Source: Octopus vulgaris (Eukaryota). From it: 64,000 nucleotides of DNA. Shown piece by piece: positions 50,530 through 63,477 of this stretch. Below the pieces are notes generated by a model. That model ran no database searches. It was not told the origin of the DNA and saw only the letters and a list, made by a program, of their open reading frames with translations. How positions within the stretch are numbered: the stretch's first letter is position 1; each line of letters opens with the position of its first letter. Location: the NCBI GenBank assembly GCA_951406725.2, contig OX597830.1, positions 32,674,001-32,738,000 of the forward strand. The letters run 5' to 3'. The position numbers and the translations under genes are program-made.

Positions 50530-51650
50530 TGATGAGGATGGTCATGGTGGTGGTAGTAATGGTGATGTTGATGGTGGTGATAATGATGATGGCAATGATG
50601 ATGATGATGAGGAGGATGAAGAAGAGGAGGAGTTGGAGGAAAAGAGGATAGTGATCCTAATAGTGATGATGATGGTGGTGATGGTGCGGATAATGTTGCT
50701 GGTGATGATGATGATAATGATCCTTATGGTGATGCTGATGACGGTGTGGGAGGACGCAGCGGCAGTAGTAGTAGCAGCAGCGGCGGTGGTGGTGGTTGTG
50801 GTGGTGTTGTTGCTACTGTTGCTGCTTGTACGGATGCTGCTTCTGCTAGTAATAATCATTATGGTGATGTTGATGTTGATGGTGGTGGTGGTGGTGGCAA
50901 TAGTGGTGGTGATGTTGATGATGAATATCAACACAGACAATGTCAATGGCACTAAAACACATATAGAATGTAATCACTGTCACATAATTAGTGTTCCTAC
51001 ACTCTTTTTTTTTTTCTCAAAAGTGATGCATTCCCAGAAACCAGAAAACTTAGTAATATATTTCACACCCAGCATCATCCCAATTCACTGCCACCACCAC
51101 TGCTGCTATTACCATCGCACAACCACCACCACCACCACCACCACCACCACAACTACCACCACCGCCACTGCCGCTGCCACTGCCACTGCCACCGCCGCTT
51201 CCACCATCACCACCATGAACACAACCAACACCACCACCACTACCACCACCACCACCACCACCACCACCTTCACCACCACCACCACCACCTTCACCACCAC
51301 ACCCCACCGTCACCACCACCACCACCACCACCACCACCACAACTACCATCACCGCCACTGCCACTGCCACTGCCACCGCCGCTTTCACCATCACCACCAC
51401 GACCACAACCAACACCACCACCACCACTACCACCACCACAATCATCACTACCACCACCACCACCACCATCACCACCATCACCTCCACCGTCACCACCACC
51501 ACTTCCATCAATACCACAACCACCACCACCACCACCACAACCACCAACACCACAATCACCAACACCACAACCACCACCTCAACCAACACCACTACAACCA
51601 CCACCAACAGCACCACCACTGCTGCTGCTGGCACCACCACCACCACGTTC
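50530..51650. repeat. (GGT/GAT)n field (50530-50925) facing a (CAC)n field (51070-51650)
   Basis: Complementary trinucleotide arrays separated by ~145 bp of unique DNA. Confidence 0.9.
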
Positions 51651-51980
51651 AGCTTCACAGAGAACACCTAAATGTAATCCAGTCTGCTGAATTGGTTGTC
51701 TGATTCCATACTGGTATCAATACAATTTTGGAGTCCCTTTGCCATTTCTGAAAATGATTTCATTCCTCATTTTCTTTTCTTTTCTTTTTCTTTTTCTTCT
51801 TTTTCCCTCTCATTGGTACAAATTATTTTGTGTCTCTAAAAGACTTAGCCTAGGAGCAATGGGAAGTGACTGCTTTTGTATTTGTTTTTTTTTCTATACT
51901 TATTTATCTCTTTAGTGAAAACACACACAAACACAAAATAATACATTTACACAAACATATATTAAAGTGTGCAAGCATAC

Positions 51981-52021
<41 letters not shown>

Positions 52022-52351
52022 ATATGTATACATACATGTGTGTTTGTATTTGCGTGTGTGTGTGTCTCTCAGTGTGTATGTGTGTGTATAAATATGTCTG
52101 TGCGTGTGTGTATGTGTATATATATATACATATATCTGTGTGCATATATATATATATGTGTGTATGAATATATACATACACACATATATATAAGTGGAAG
52201 AGGATCACTCTTTGACCTTTTTTGGCATCAGATTTCCAATTCAGACTTATTTTCTCAATGAGACCGCATTATCTATCACGTGGAATCCATTGTCACATTT
52301 CAAACACTATCTATCACACACACACACTTGCACATGCGTGTGCACATGCAT

Positions 52352-52413
<62 letters not shown>

Positions 52414-52831
52414 ACACAGACAAAGAAACACACATGCAAACATGCACACACACACTCACAAATACAAAGAGTAAATGGATATTTGTCACCCTTGACAATG
52501 TGTATTCTGGTGGTTTGATTAACTAAATTACCAAATCTTTCAATTAGCATATTAGTGACTGAGTAATCCACAGAAATGTATGCTTTTACCATTATTCTTA
52601 GATAGTATCAGGGTATAGTGTGAGAAAATGCTGATCCTTTGAATTATGGCTACGATCTCTCCGATGGCATTCCATATTGTTTCCAAAGATCCAGTTTCCT
52701 TTACATGGCATTTGTATGCCATTTACTATGATATTGGTAAATGACAGAGGCTTAGGATGCCACATGGTAGATTTGAACCTAGGACTTCATGATTATGGAG
52801 CAATCTTCTTAGCCATATCTACAACCATATG

Positions 52832-54081
52832 CAGGGTGTGTAAGATATTTGAGGACATACATTTTTTGGTCATTGCTGCATTATTTGCTAACTCTGTATA
52901 ATCTTTGTTTCAGAAAATAATTATGACAGACCCTCAGCTTACACAATAAACGAAGAGACATGCTGTTATTGTGGTTATAAATACTGTGCATAGCAATTTA
53001 GAAATATCTTGATTTTTAGAAGTTGCCAGATCTTTTGTCTACAAAGTTTTTAAGGAGCTAGAGACTGAGGATAGGAACGTAATACCAGTATGAAAACATA
53101 AAATGCATTCCAAACACTGTGACATCAGAACACACGAATTCGAATTTATCCAGCAAGTTCAACAGACCATTGATTACAATTCCAGAAAAAACATGAGGTC
53201 AATTGGAAAAGATCTCCATATGTCGGAAGGAACTGTCAGAAATGTTTTCCAAGAAGGCATCAGATATAAGTCTTATATGATGAGGAAAGGTCAATTTATA
53301 AGAAAAAGCAAAAGAAAATCACTACATCAGATCTAAAAGCACTCAAAAAAACAATAAAATCCAGCAGAAGAAGATTTGATTTGGTTTTTCTCAGACAAGA
53401 GAAACTTCGACCAGGATCAAAAAGTTAACAGAAGAAATGACAGATGGTTATGTACACACCCTTCTGAAGTGTGAAAAGTTATGCATACGAAATTTCCTGC
53501 AACTGTCATGATTTTAGGGGTTGTCAGTAACAAAGGATATGTGATGCCTCCTTATTTCTTTCCACAAAGCCTTAGAGTTAACTCTGACACCTACATTGAA
53601 ATCCTGGTAAGAATTAAGCCCTGGATGGACAGTGTATGCAGTGGAAGGCCATATGTGTTTCAGCAAGACTCTGCACCATCACACAAGGCTCAAGTAATCC
53701 AGGAATGGATGGCTGAAAATGTTCATGATCACATAACCCCTAATGTTTGGCCTCCTAATTCCCCAGATCTCAGTTATTGAGAGAAAGATCAAGAAAAATC
53801 AGTGAATATGTTCATAACACCAAAAATTCTTTGAAAGCCACCATAGTCAGAGTAATGTCCAATATGAATCAGGACCACTTGATGTGAGCATGTAGATGAT
53901 TTAGATCTCGTATAGAAGCAGTTATTGAAGCTAAAGGTGGCTTTATTGAACAACATGATAAAAAAGAAGATTTATTTTTATCCTCAAAGCATTTTTTTGA
54001 TAATAAAGTTATTATCTGTTATTATATATTTGTTTATTTTTTATAAACATGAGTCCATCCTCGAATATTTTACACACCCTG
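52832..54081 (+). mobile_element. Full-span Tc1/mariner-superfamily transposon of DD37D (maT) type; transposase pseudogene
   Basis: TIRs CAGGGTGTGTAAGATATTTGAGGA and TCCTCGAATATTTTACACACCCTG|TA; motifs WFFSD..F, VNRRNDRW, VMILGVVS..G, FQQDSAPSH...WPPNSPDL; the 34 residues after the second D plus an inferred (deleted) NPL give D37D spacing; multiple stops and frameshifts. Confidence 0.9.
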
Positions 54082-54316
54082 TACATATCTGCAAACATGC
54101 AGATATGAACCCTTTTGATACCAACCTGCTCAAGATCACTCGAGATCTATAATGCAAACCTGTTTTATATTGATCTAAACTAAAACCTTATATTAAAATT
54201 TCCTACTTGTTTAAGTCCCCAAAACCAGCTTAATAATCACAAAAATATTTTACCAAATTCTTCAGTGTTCCTAAAATTAATCGCAACAAAGATTTTGGTA
54301 AATAGAAACTTGATGT

Positions 54317-54543
54317 CAGCTGGCAGAAACGTTAGTACACCAGGCGAAATGCTTACCGGTATTTCGTCTACCACTATGTTCTGAGTTCAAATTCTGCCAA
54401 GGTCGACTTTGCCTTTCATCCTTTTGGGGTCGATTAAGTAAGTACCAGTTAACACTGGGGTCGATATAATCGACTTAATCCAATTGTCTGTCCTTGTTTG
54501 TCCCCTCTGTGTTTAGACCTTTGTGGGTAGTAAAGAAATAAGA
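54317..54543 (+). mobile_element. Family-B SINE
   Basis: Near-identical to 61510-61740; AGAAACTTGATGT on both sides (54305-54317 and 54541-54553) looks like a 13-bp TSD. Confidence 0.9.
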
Positions 54544-54820
54544 AACTTGATGTGTACTACCCTCGTTTTAACTTACTTACTAGCAAGAATTATTTGTTGT
54601 TTATGTCAAATGAATTTAGAAACTTTGAGGAATATGAAATAAATCACTTTAGTAGTGAAACTTGGAACAAGTAAAGTTGTTAGAAACTTTATGTAGACTA
54701 TCTTTAGTTTGACCTTCTATATGGCACATAGAAACTTCTACACCACTGGACCAAGTGTCCAGCAAGCTAAGGACTGGAAATGGCCAAGATATCTGGATTT
54801 TCTCATTTTCTGGAGACAGC

Positions 54821-55229
54821 CTCTTTTACTCTTTTACTCTTTTACTTGTTTCAGTCATTTGACTGCGACCATGCTGAAGCAAATCGATCCCAGGACTTAT
54901 TCTTTGTAAGCCTAGTATTTATTCTATCGGTCTCTTTTGCTGAACCGCTAAGTTACGGGGATGCAAACACACCAGCATTGGCTGTCAATGTTGGGGTGGG
55001 GGGACAAACACAGACACACAAACATATACACACACCTACATATATATATATATATACATATATACAATGGGCTTCTTTCAGTTTATGTCTACCAAATCCA
55101 CTCACAAGTTTTTTGATTGGCCTGAGGCTATAGTAGAAGACACTTGCCCAAGGTGCCATGCAGTGGAACTGAACCCGGAACCATGTGGTTTGTAAGCAAG
55201 CTACTTACCACACAGCCACTCCTACGCCT
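54821..55229 (-). mobile_element. Full-length family-A SINE
   Basis: Reverse complement of 21268-21710 with a small internal deletion. Confidence 0.9.
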
Positions 55230-56469
55230 AAATATATATTGAAAATATAGAATAGACTATGAAAAGAGAGGAACTAGATTGTATAAAATAGATTCAAATT
55301 ATTACACTTCTGTTTGATGTCTCTTAATCTTGCTATAATTCTTGAAATATATCCTACTGCACCATGTATACATATAATATTTATACAAAAAAAATTAAAT
55401 GAAGAGAAATAGAGAACATAATTTTATGTAACTGATGCAGGTATGGAAATTAGTTTTTAAAGCAGATTATGTTTAATCTTTATCAGACCACATAAAAAAT
55501 TAATGAACAGCAGCATTTTTAACACATTGCATACATATTAACCAACTTCAAAAATAGGGTTGTTTATTCAATACAGGATACAGAATATTGCATATTACTT
55601 TTAGATTTCTGGAAGATGGGTCAGAGATCCGTTATAGTATGTAATAAAAAAAATTGGTAGTGTTATGGTTTAATTAAGCATATGTAATAATTCCTCAGAT
55701 AGAATTACCATCAACAAAGTTACTACTAATTACAATAATACATTACAAAATAAATGAACTGAAAGAGAAAAATTTAAGCTGCAGTACATGGTGAGCAGCA
55801 AGCTAATGAACATACAAAAAATGTAATATCATTTGTTTTAACTCATTTTTCTGCAAAAATGTAGGCACAAATATGCTTAGTGATTTCTTAGCTCTAATTC
55901 AAAAGCGCTTCTCAGTTATCCACAAGTAAGGTATGTACTTAATAGAAATAATGTCATAACCAGCTACAGCTGTACGAAAGCTTTGGCAGCATAACAAGGA
56001 AGAAGCTGTAAAGAATAAAACAGAATAACAAGCGAGTTGCCTGATGTAATTTCAGGACTAAGGAAAATTATTACTTAATGACAAATATTTAAAGAAAGCA
56101 TCTAGGAATGAAACAAGGGTACCATCAGGCTACCTCTTATTTGGTTTCCAAATCAGCTTACGAATGTGTATGTGTGTGTATAGTCATCTAAGAAGCCAAA
56201 AGTCAAGAAAAATTATACATTGGATGTTTGTCAATAGAGTGGGTATATTAACCAAAGTCTACAGCATCATAGATCCATTTCAGCTAATCTTACCGATTCA
56301 GTTCGCATTTGGTGTTAGATGATTGGATATTAGGTAAAAGTTCGGGTAAGTAATACCACATGCTCATCAGAGATGGTGGGTATGGAAAAAATATGATAAC
56401 TGCTATATTTTTTCCACACTTGTGCATACACACAAGCACGCACACAAATATTACGATGGGACTAATCAA

Positions 56470-56798
56470 AAAATCAAATGAAAATTGCAATTGTGATACC
56501 TGTGCTGGTGGCACGTAAAAAGCACCATCCAACGTGACCAATGCCAGCACCACATTGACTGGCTTCTGTGCTGGTGGCATGTAAAAAGCACCAACCAATC
56601 ATGGCCATTGCCAGCTTCTCCTGGCACCTGTGCCGGTAAAAAGCACCCACTACACTCACGGAGTTAGGAAGGGCATCCAGCTGTAGAAATACTGTCAGAT
56701 CAGACTAGAGCCTGGTGCAGCCTTCTGGCTTCCCAGACCCTGGTCAAACCGTCCAACCCATGCTTGTGTGGAAAATGGACGTTAAACGATGATGATGA
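56470..56798 (+). mobile_element. Family-C element
   Basis: Collinear with 18440-18782 including the 5' AAATCAAATG.AAATTG; tail GGACGTTAAACGATGATGATG. Confidence 0.88.
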
Positions 56799-56799
56799 A

Positions 56800-56925
56800 A
56801 GCTTTGGTTGAACAACAGATATTGTAGAAGAGTCTCTCCAAAGTTGCTATGCCAAGGGATTGAACTGGAAACCATGTGATTGCAAGGCAATTTTTTTTAA
56901 GCACACAGATTCTTAACCGCACATG
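56800..56925 (-). mobile_element. Degenerate family-A SINE head
   Basis: GGGATTGAACTGGAAACCATGTGATTGCAAGGCAA resembles the reverse-complement head. Confidence 0.5.
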
Positions 56926-57034
56926 TCCATGCCTCTTTGTATATGTATGCATACAATCACATATAGATGTACACATACACACACACATACACATATATAT
57001 ATACATATATATATCTATATATACACACACATCC

Positions 57035-57066
<32 letters not shown>

Positions 57067-57524
57067 ATACATACATACACATATATACATGCATACATAT
57101 ATGTATACACACTACACACACATTATTGCTACAGATATTGATGTAGAGATACGTATTACTGTATTTCCATGACATTGCAATTTATAAATATATTTCTCCA
57201 TTCAACCAAACTTTTAAATAGGTATTTTTCTCTTTTGGACATTTTTCGGTTGGGATTGTTGATAGAAATAAAGTGTTGTGTGTGCTGTTATAATATATAT
57301 AAGTTTCTTTTAACAATTTTTCAGTGCTCCGCTGGGCACAAGAAATCGGAACATCACAGTACGACTTGTGTAAATAAATATATATGCATGTATATGAATG
57401 ATTATGTATGATTGTGAGCATATACACATACATCATATATATATATATATATATATGTACGTTTATACATATGTACATACAATACATACATATATACAAT
57501 ATATATGTACACACACACACACAC

Positions 57525-57557
<33 letters not shown>

Positions 57558-57604
57558 AATGTTTATATGTGTTATATCTATCTATCTATCTATCTATCTA
57601 TTTA

Positions 57605-57649
<45 letters not shown>

Positions 57650-57939
57650 TTTTATATAATTCTATTACATTATTTTAAAAAGATATATGTGTGTAAGTGT
57701 GCATGTGTGTGTATGTGTATACATGTGTGTGTGTGTGCATGTGTGTGTGTGTGTGTGTGTATACATGTGTGTGTGTGTGAGGGGTTTGAATGGACATGTT
57801 CAGCCTACATTATCAAAGAGCCCCAATGTGGTGATTCAGTGCCATTGACTCTTTGTTAACCAGCTTACCCAAGCTGAAGGAACCTTTTACCTATGTATGA
57901 ATTCGAAAATAAAATTTAAAAGAAAAAAAACAATAAGAA

Positions 57940-57976
<37 letters not shown>

Positions 57977-58106
57977 GAAACAAACCAAAACAATATGAAC
58001 AAACATGCATACACACACATACACTTATATGCACATCGACACAATCACAGATAAATAGACACATAAACATACAAATAGACAGACAGCCAGACAAATACAT
58101 ACATAT

Positions 58107-58140
<34 letters not shown>

Positions 58141-59267
58141 CCTCAATCCCAGCCTACAATCAGACTCTCAGAAAACAGTCATACATACACACATAGGAAA
58201 TGATTGTTATTTGGCTCATCTCTTGATCTCATAGTCTTCTTTATGGCAGCAAGTGTTATGTGATTCTTCAGCATCCTCCAAGACCATCACCACCACCACC
58301 ACCACCACCACAACCACCACCTCCATCATCACCAGCATGATCATCGCATCAACCGACTTCGTCACTGTTTTAAGTCACGAGCACACACAAACACACACAC
58401 ACACACACATACACACGCACATGCACACACACACACACACACGTACACACACACACATACACACATGTACACACACATGCACCCACACACTTTTATATAT
58501 GAAATTTACACACAATTGTACATGTGTGTAAGCATGCACAGAAAAGCTATAAAAAATACTTCAGCTTCATTGGTCAGAGAATCTATTTTATACATACATA
58601 TACATACACATATATATACACACATTTATATATACACATGCACACTTGCATATATGAATACTGGCACAAACACTCATATACATACATACAATTTACAGTA
58701 TTTGCATACATATATGTAAATTATATATGCATGCACACACACACACACACATATATGTATTCAGACAGAGAGAAAGTGAGAGAGGGATACACACGCACAC
58801 ACACACACAAACACACACACACACACATTATAGTGGGGTAGGATGTGCTCTACATCTCAGAGTGTGCTTCTCCTCCAGATTTATGTATTTTTACAGATGA
58901 TATATATATATATATGTAAATATACACATGCAAAAACGTACATATTTATATACAAATATATGCATTTATACATAGGTACATATTAATATACACATACACA
59001 TACATATTTACATAGACATATAGGGTGTTCAAGATAAATTTGATGATTTTTATCCTTCTTTTTTTTTGGGGGGGGGGGAACAGCTTAATGTATTAGTGAA
59101 CAGTCAAAGGCCTTAGAGAGTGTGAAGATTAAAGTTGTAGGTGAGAAAAAGGTAGCGCTGAGATGAAGGACTGGAAGCCAACTGAATAGGCTTGGATATA
59201 CATACATATATGCATATTTAGGAACATTGGGCATTGAAAATGGAAGGAATAGATGTGTACATGTATT

Positions 59268-59510
59268 CTTTTATTCCTTTATTCTTCTACTTGTTTCAGT
59301 CATTTGACTGTGGCCATGCTGGAACACTGCTTCGAAGAGTTTTAGTCGAATGAATTGACCTTACCCCCAGGACTTATTTTTTAAAACTAGTACTTATTTT
59401 GTCCGCCTCTTTTGGCGAACCACTAAGTTACAAGGACGTAAACACATTAACACCAGTTATGAAGTGAGAAGGATTATAGGACAAACACAGACACAAAGAC
59501 ACACACAGAT
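59268..59510 (-). mobile_element. Family-A SINE 3' half
   Basis: CTACTTGTTTCAGTCATTTGACTGTGGCCATGCTGG...CTAAGTTACAAGGACGTAAACAC. Confidence 0.85.
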
Positions 59511-59714
59511 ATATACATATATATACATACATATATATATATACATATATATATCGTAAATCCTCAAGTATAGTCCACCCTTGAGTATAATACTCAGGGG
59601 ATTTTTAGGGGGCTGTACCTCTGAAAAACCTAAACCTTTTGTATAATATGCACCTATTCCCTAACTTGAGTCAAGGAGGTCTATATAACATCCTTGGTTT
59701 GTAAAACTGGAAAT

Positions 59715-60227
59715 GTTTGATTGAGGAAACTGTCGAACAGGTCTACTCCAATGTGGTGGTGCACCATCTTGCTGGAAAATGAAGGCTGGTTGTAAATCAA
59801 TCAGTTGTGGTGCCAAATATTCGACCAGAAGGTCGAGGTAAACATCTGCAGTAATTGTTGCCTTGTTGAAGAAAAATGGACCAATTATTCGATTGCACAT
59901 GATTCCACACCACACATGCACGAATTGAAGGACACGATGGTGGATCTCTTCCATACTTAGTTCTGTAGTTTCGTTGAGTCTGAACATCCGATTTTGTCTC
60001 AGTAAACCAGGACACACATTGTGCTTTTTCATAAGGAGTAGCCATTTTACAGGAGTTCAGTGAATCAGTTCTCTTCCATCAACATAGTATCTGAAACACA
60101 AAAATTTAATATCAATAAAAACTTTAATAAACAATTATTAAAATAAAACAAATCTGGTTAAAATATCTCATCAACTGCCTTTGTAATAATTTTTTTAAAT
60201 TGTAAAGAGATTTTATGGACACCCTGT
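59715..60227 (-). mobile_element. Internally deleted Tc1/mariner-superfamily element with 5' TIR
   Basis: TA|CAGGGTGTCCATAAAATCTC terminus; N-terminal MATPYEKAQCVSWFTETKSDVQTQRNYRTKYGRDPPS joined by deletion to the catalytic VWCGIMCNRIIGPFFF...YLDLL...FQQDGAPPHW. Confidence 0.88.
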
Positions 60228-60669
60228 ATATCTACATTTTTAATGAAGATATCTTAGAATTTGTAGGGTTATTTTGGATCCATTAATAATAATAATAAAA
60301 AGAAGAAAATAGCCTGAGGATGCTCTGGTGGATTTATGTATTATGTATAGCCTGGTAAAACAAACCATCACTGCTGGAACATGTGTAGCATTGATTAATA
60401 TTATCTTCCTTCCCCACAGACTAATAACAGGTAAGGTATATATATTTTTTAAAAAATATATTGAAATAATTTATAATTAATTTTAATGTACTTTATTCTT
60501 ATTGTATGTTATAGTAGGCTTTAAAAAGATTGTATTATTAGATTAGTATTTTGGATATAATTTTCTATGTGTACTCCAGTAAATAAGGTTGTCCTGAAAT
60601 TGAAGTTGTGATCCTATTGGTAAAATCCCAAATTTGTAATAATAATACATATATATGTATATACACACA

Positions 60670-60707
<38 letters not shown>

Positions 60708-60708
<1 letters not shown>

Positions 60709-60870
60709 GTGGTGGGCTTCTTTTAGTTTCCAGCTACCAAATCCACTCACAAGGCTTTGGTTAGCCTGATGCTGTAGAAGAAGACACTTGCCCAAGGTGC
60801 TGCATAGTGGGACAGAACCTGGAACCATATGGTTGGAAATCAAACTTCTTACCACACAGCCACGAGTGCA
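60708..60870 (-). mobile_element. Family-A SINE 5' half
   Basis: CCAAATCCACTCACAAGGCTTTGGT...AAGACACTTGCCCAAGGTGC...CTTACCACACAGCCAC. Confidence 0.88.
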
Positions 60871-60961
60871 GATATTGCACATATATATATATATGTTAAT
60901 GTATGTATGTGTGTATAAGTGTGTATGGGTGTGTGCGTGTGTGTATATATATATATATATA

Positions 60962-61145
60962 TAGGGAGAGTTTACGAAAAAAACAAAAGACAAAGACAGG
61001 TGGTGTACAAAACAAACAGATGTATTAGTATAACACTCAGGAATAGAAAAAGTCTTTTACGTTTCGAGCCTATGCTCTTCTACAGAGAGGGACACAGAAA
61101 AAACAAGGAGAGAAAAAAAAATGTGCGTAGTGGCTAACGATCTAT
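60962..61145 (-). mobile_element. Short element in (TA)n carrying a variant hammerhead-like motif (61052-61093)
   Basis: Minus strand GTCCCTCT-CTGTAGA-A-GAGC-ATAG-GCTC-GAAAC-GTA-AAAGAC; the terminus TAGGGAGAGTTTAC is also seen inverted at 7191-7204. Confidence 0.5.
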
Positions 61146-61336
61146 GCATATATATGATGGATTTCCTTGTCATGAACCACAAATAAGGGTTCAGTAAAAT
61201 AAAGTATTAACCATATTCTATAGGCAGGAATGTATCTCCTGTGTCTTGCAAACCTTTCGGCAAATGGAACAAGGTGAGGATTCAGTTTGCTTGAGTGCTT
61301 GTAGATCATTTACTATGTGTTTCCTTGAGTGGACAG

Positions 61337-62270
61337 TTAGGCCAGAACAATGTAAAATAAATGCAAAGTAAATCAAAAGAAGACAAATATATTAATTAAT
61401 ATAGACTTACCTTGCATTCAATATTTCGGGGTTATGACCCTATTTTCAAGAACTTAACAAATGTTGCCAATGTGCATGTGCATGAATGGAAAAGTGTTGC
61501 TTTAGGTGGCAAGCTGGCAGAAACATTAGCACACCAGGCGAAATGCGTAGCCATATTTCGTCCGAGTTCATTACGTTCTGAGTTCAAATTCCGCCGAGGT
61601 CGACTTTACCTTTCATCCATTCGGGGGTCGATAAATTAAGTACCAGTTATGCACTGAGGTCGATATAACCAACTTAATCCGTTTGTCTGTCCTTGTTTTT
61701 TCCCCTCTATGTTTAGCCCCTTGTGGGTAGTAAAGAAATAGCTATAGCAACTAGCTAGCTTCCTGTAACTCTCTTCAGTTGTTGATATTCGGTTTCCTTT
61801 GGTGTATGAGAATGACCTCAGTGATTCTAAGGTTGCTCCTGTTCTGCTGTGTTGCCCTGATGTGGATTGTGAATTCTTGGAGCTGGCATTTCTGTAGATG
61901 TTTCTTCAAGGAAGTGTCTGCCTGCATGTGATCCTTAATGTGTATATGCAGTTTTCTTGTTGTGCTTCCTATGTAGGATGCACCACATTTGTCACAGATG
62001 ATCTCGTATATAACATAGAATCTCTGAGGCCATCCTCAATCACCAAAGGAAACCAAATATCAACAGGAAGCTAGAAGGTTGCTGTAACAACACCTTTCCG
62101 TGCATGTTCACTACACACACTCTCACACACAAACACATCGGCAACATACGTTAATTTCTTGAAAATGGTGTCATAACCCCAAAATACTGAATGCAAGGTA
62201 AGTCTACATTAATTCATATATTTGTTTTCTTGCGATTTGCCTTGCATTTATTTTGCATTGTTCTGGCCTT
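61337..62270 (-). mobile_element. Penelope-like retroelement remnant: GIY-YIG endonuclease domain (62020-61753) with inverted pseudo-LTR arms
   Basis: Minus strand VIYEIICDKCGASYIGSTTRKLHIHIKDH...KKHLQKC...NLRITEVILIHQRKPNIN (GIY-YIG motifs, CxxC and H..H as in PLE endonucleases); 61337-61830 (excluding the SINE) is inverted relative to 62016-62270. Confidence 0.88.
61503..61740 (+). mobile_element. Family-B SINE inserted into the left Penelope arm
   Basis: GGTGGCAAGCTGGCAGAAAC...GAGTTCAAATTCCGCCGAGGTCGACTTT...GTGGGTAGTAAAGAAATA; B-box-like GTTCAAATTCC. Confidence 0.9.
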
Positions 62271-62367
62271 ACCCACGATCCTTTATACAATATATTCTAC
62301 ACAATGCTTCAAAGTAATTATTCCAATTTATGTGTATGTGTATATATATATATATATATATATAAAA

Positions 62368-62618
62368 CGGTGGCACGTAAAAAGCACCATCCAACCGTGG
62401 ACGTTTGCCAGCCCCATCTGACACCTGTGTGGTTGGCACGTAAAAAGCACCCACTACACTCACAGAGTGGTTGGCATTAGGAAGGGCATCCAGCCGTAGA
62501 AACATTGCCAGACCAGACTGGGCCTGGTGCAGCCTTCTGGCTTCCTAGACCCCAGTTGAACCGTCCAACCCATGCTAGCATGAAAAGTGGACGCTAAATG
62601 ATGATGATGATGATGATA
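62368..62618 (+). mobile_element. Family-C element, 5'-truncated
   Basis: Two GGCACGTAAAAAGCAC modules, conserved body, (GAT)n tail. Confidence 0.88.
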
Positions 62619-63288
62619 AAACATATATATACCAGCTGAGTAGTCCAGTGTTGCTAGGCTATTTTCACTATATGTCTATATTTCAATTGTTTTATTTCAT
62701 ATCAGACCATGTCGTCCCTGGTGGATAGGCCCCTTGATCAAGATGAATTCCTGCAATATTTAGGACAATTTATAAGGCTTTTGTTTTTCATTTTCGTACA
62801 TAGATGTGAAGACGCTCCCTACTTCCTACTCTTGAGTACCTGACATAAAACTGACCATAGGTAAAGCAGGGATCTTCAAGGTGTAAATTGGCAACTAAAA
62901 ATGTTTGCCCTAGTGGTTTGTTGATGGTCATGACAAAACTAAGACTCACAGGAAATTGAAGTTGTTTGAATTGAAACAGGACTTCATCTCCAGAGTCAAT
63001 GTGACGGAGGTTGTTATGTGCTTATCAAGTAATCAATGCATCCTATGCTTAGGTGTTTCCTGAGATCATGTAAGGCAGGCTGTGTTTGCATGTCATCAAG
63101 TCAAGTCTATTCTTTCACTGTTTGGGTGTCATCTGCGCTTGCTGCTGATAATTTGTGAAGGTTTTACAACTCTGTCACCCTAATGAAAATTTCTTACACA
63201 CATGCATACACGGACATTGACATGCACACACACACACACCTCTAGCATGAGAGATATGCATATACAGAGAAAGGGTGAGAGAGTGTAG

Positions 63289-63350
<62 letters not shown>

Positions 63351-63477
63351 CAGAAATTTTGTAATTATAAGCATAATTATAAGTTGGGAGTATTGCTGTC
63401 TGGGAGTTATGGTTGTGGAATAGTATTTAACTGCTATTTCTAAATTTCTGTATGTGGTGAAGCAATATTTTTTTGTT

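Noticed and set aside
50435-51703. 422-aa ORF, the longest in the track
   Set aside because: It is made of GAT/GGT/CAC trinucleotide runs that lack stops by composition and starts inside a repeat element; no domain is recognisable.
51668-51760. Minus-strand exon after a CATTTTCAG acceptor-like site
   Set aside because: Weak donor, early stops in the frames examined and no recognisable peptide.
59555-59660. pogo-like TIR fragment; also TIR-like bits at 6385-6410 and 59021-59045
   Set aside because: No partner inverted repeat or coding remnant was found in the window.
62630-62670. Helitron-like 5' end
   Set aside because: Only a vague resemblance, with no 3' hairpin/CTAG end identified.
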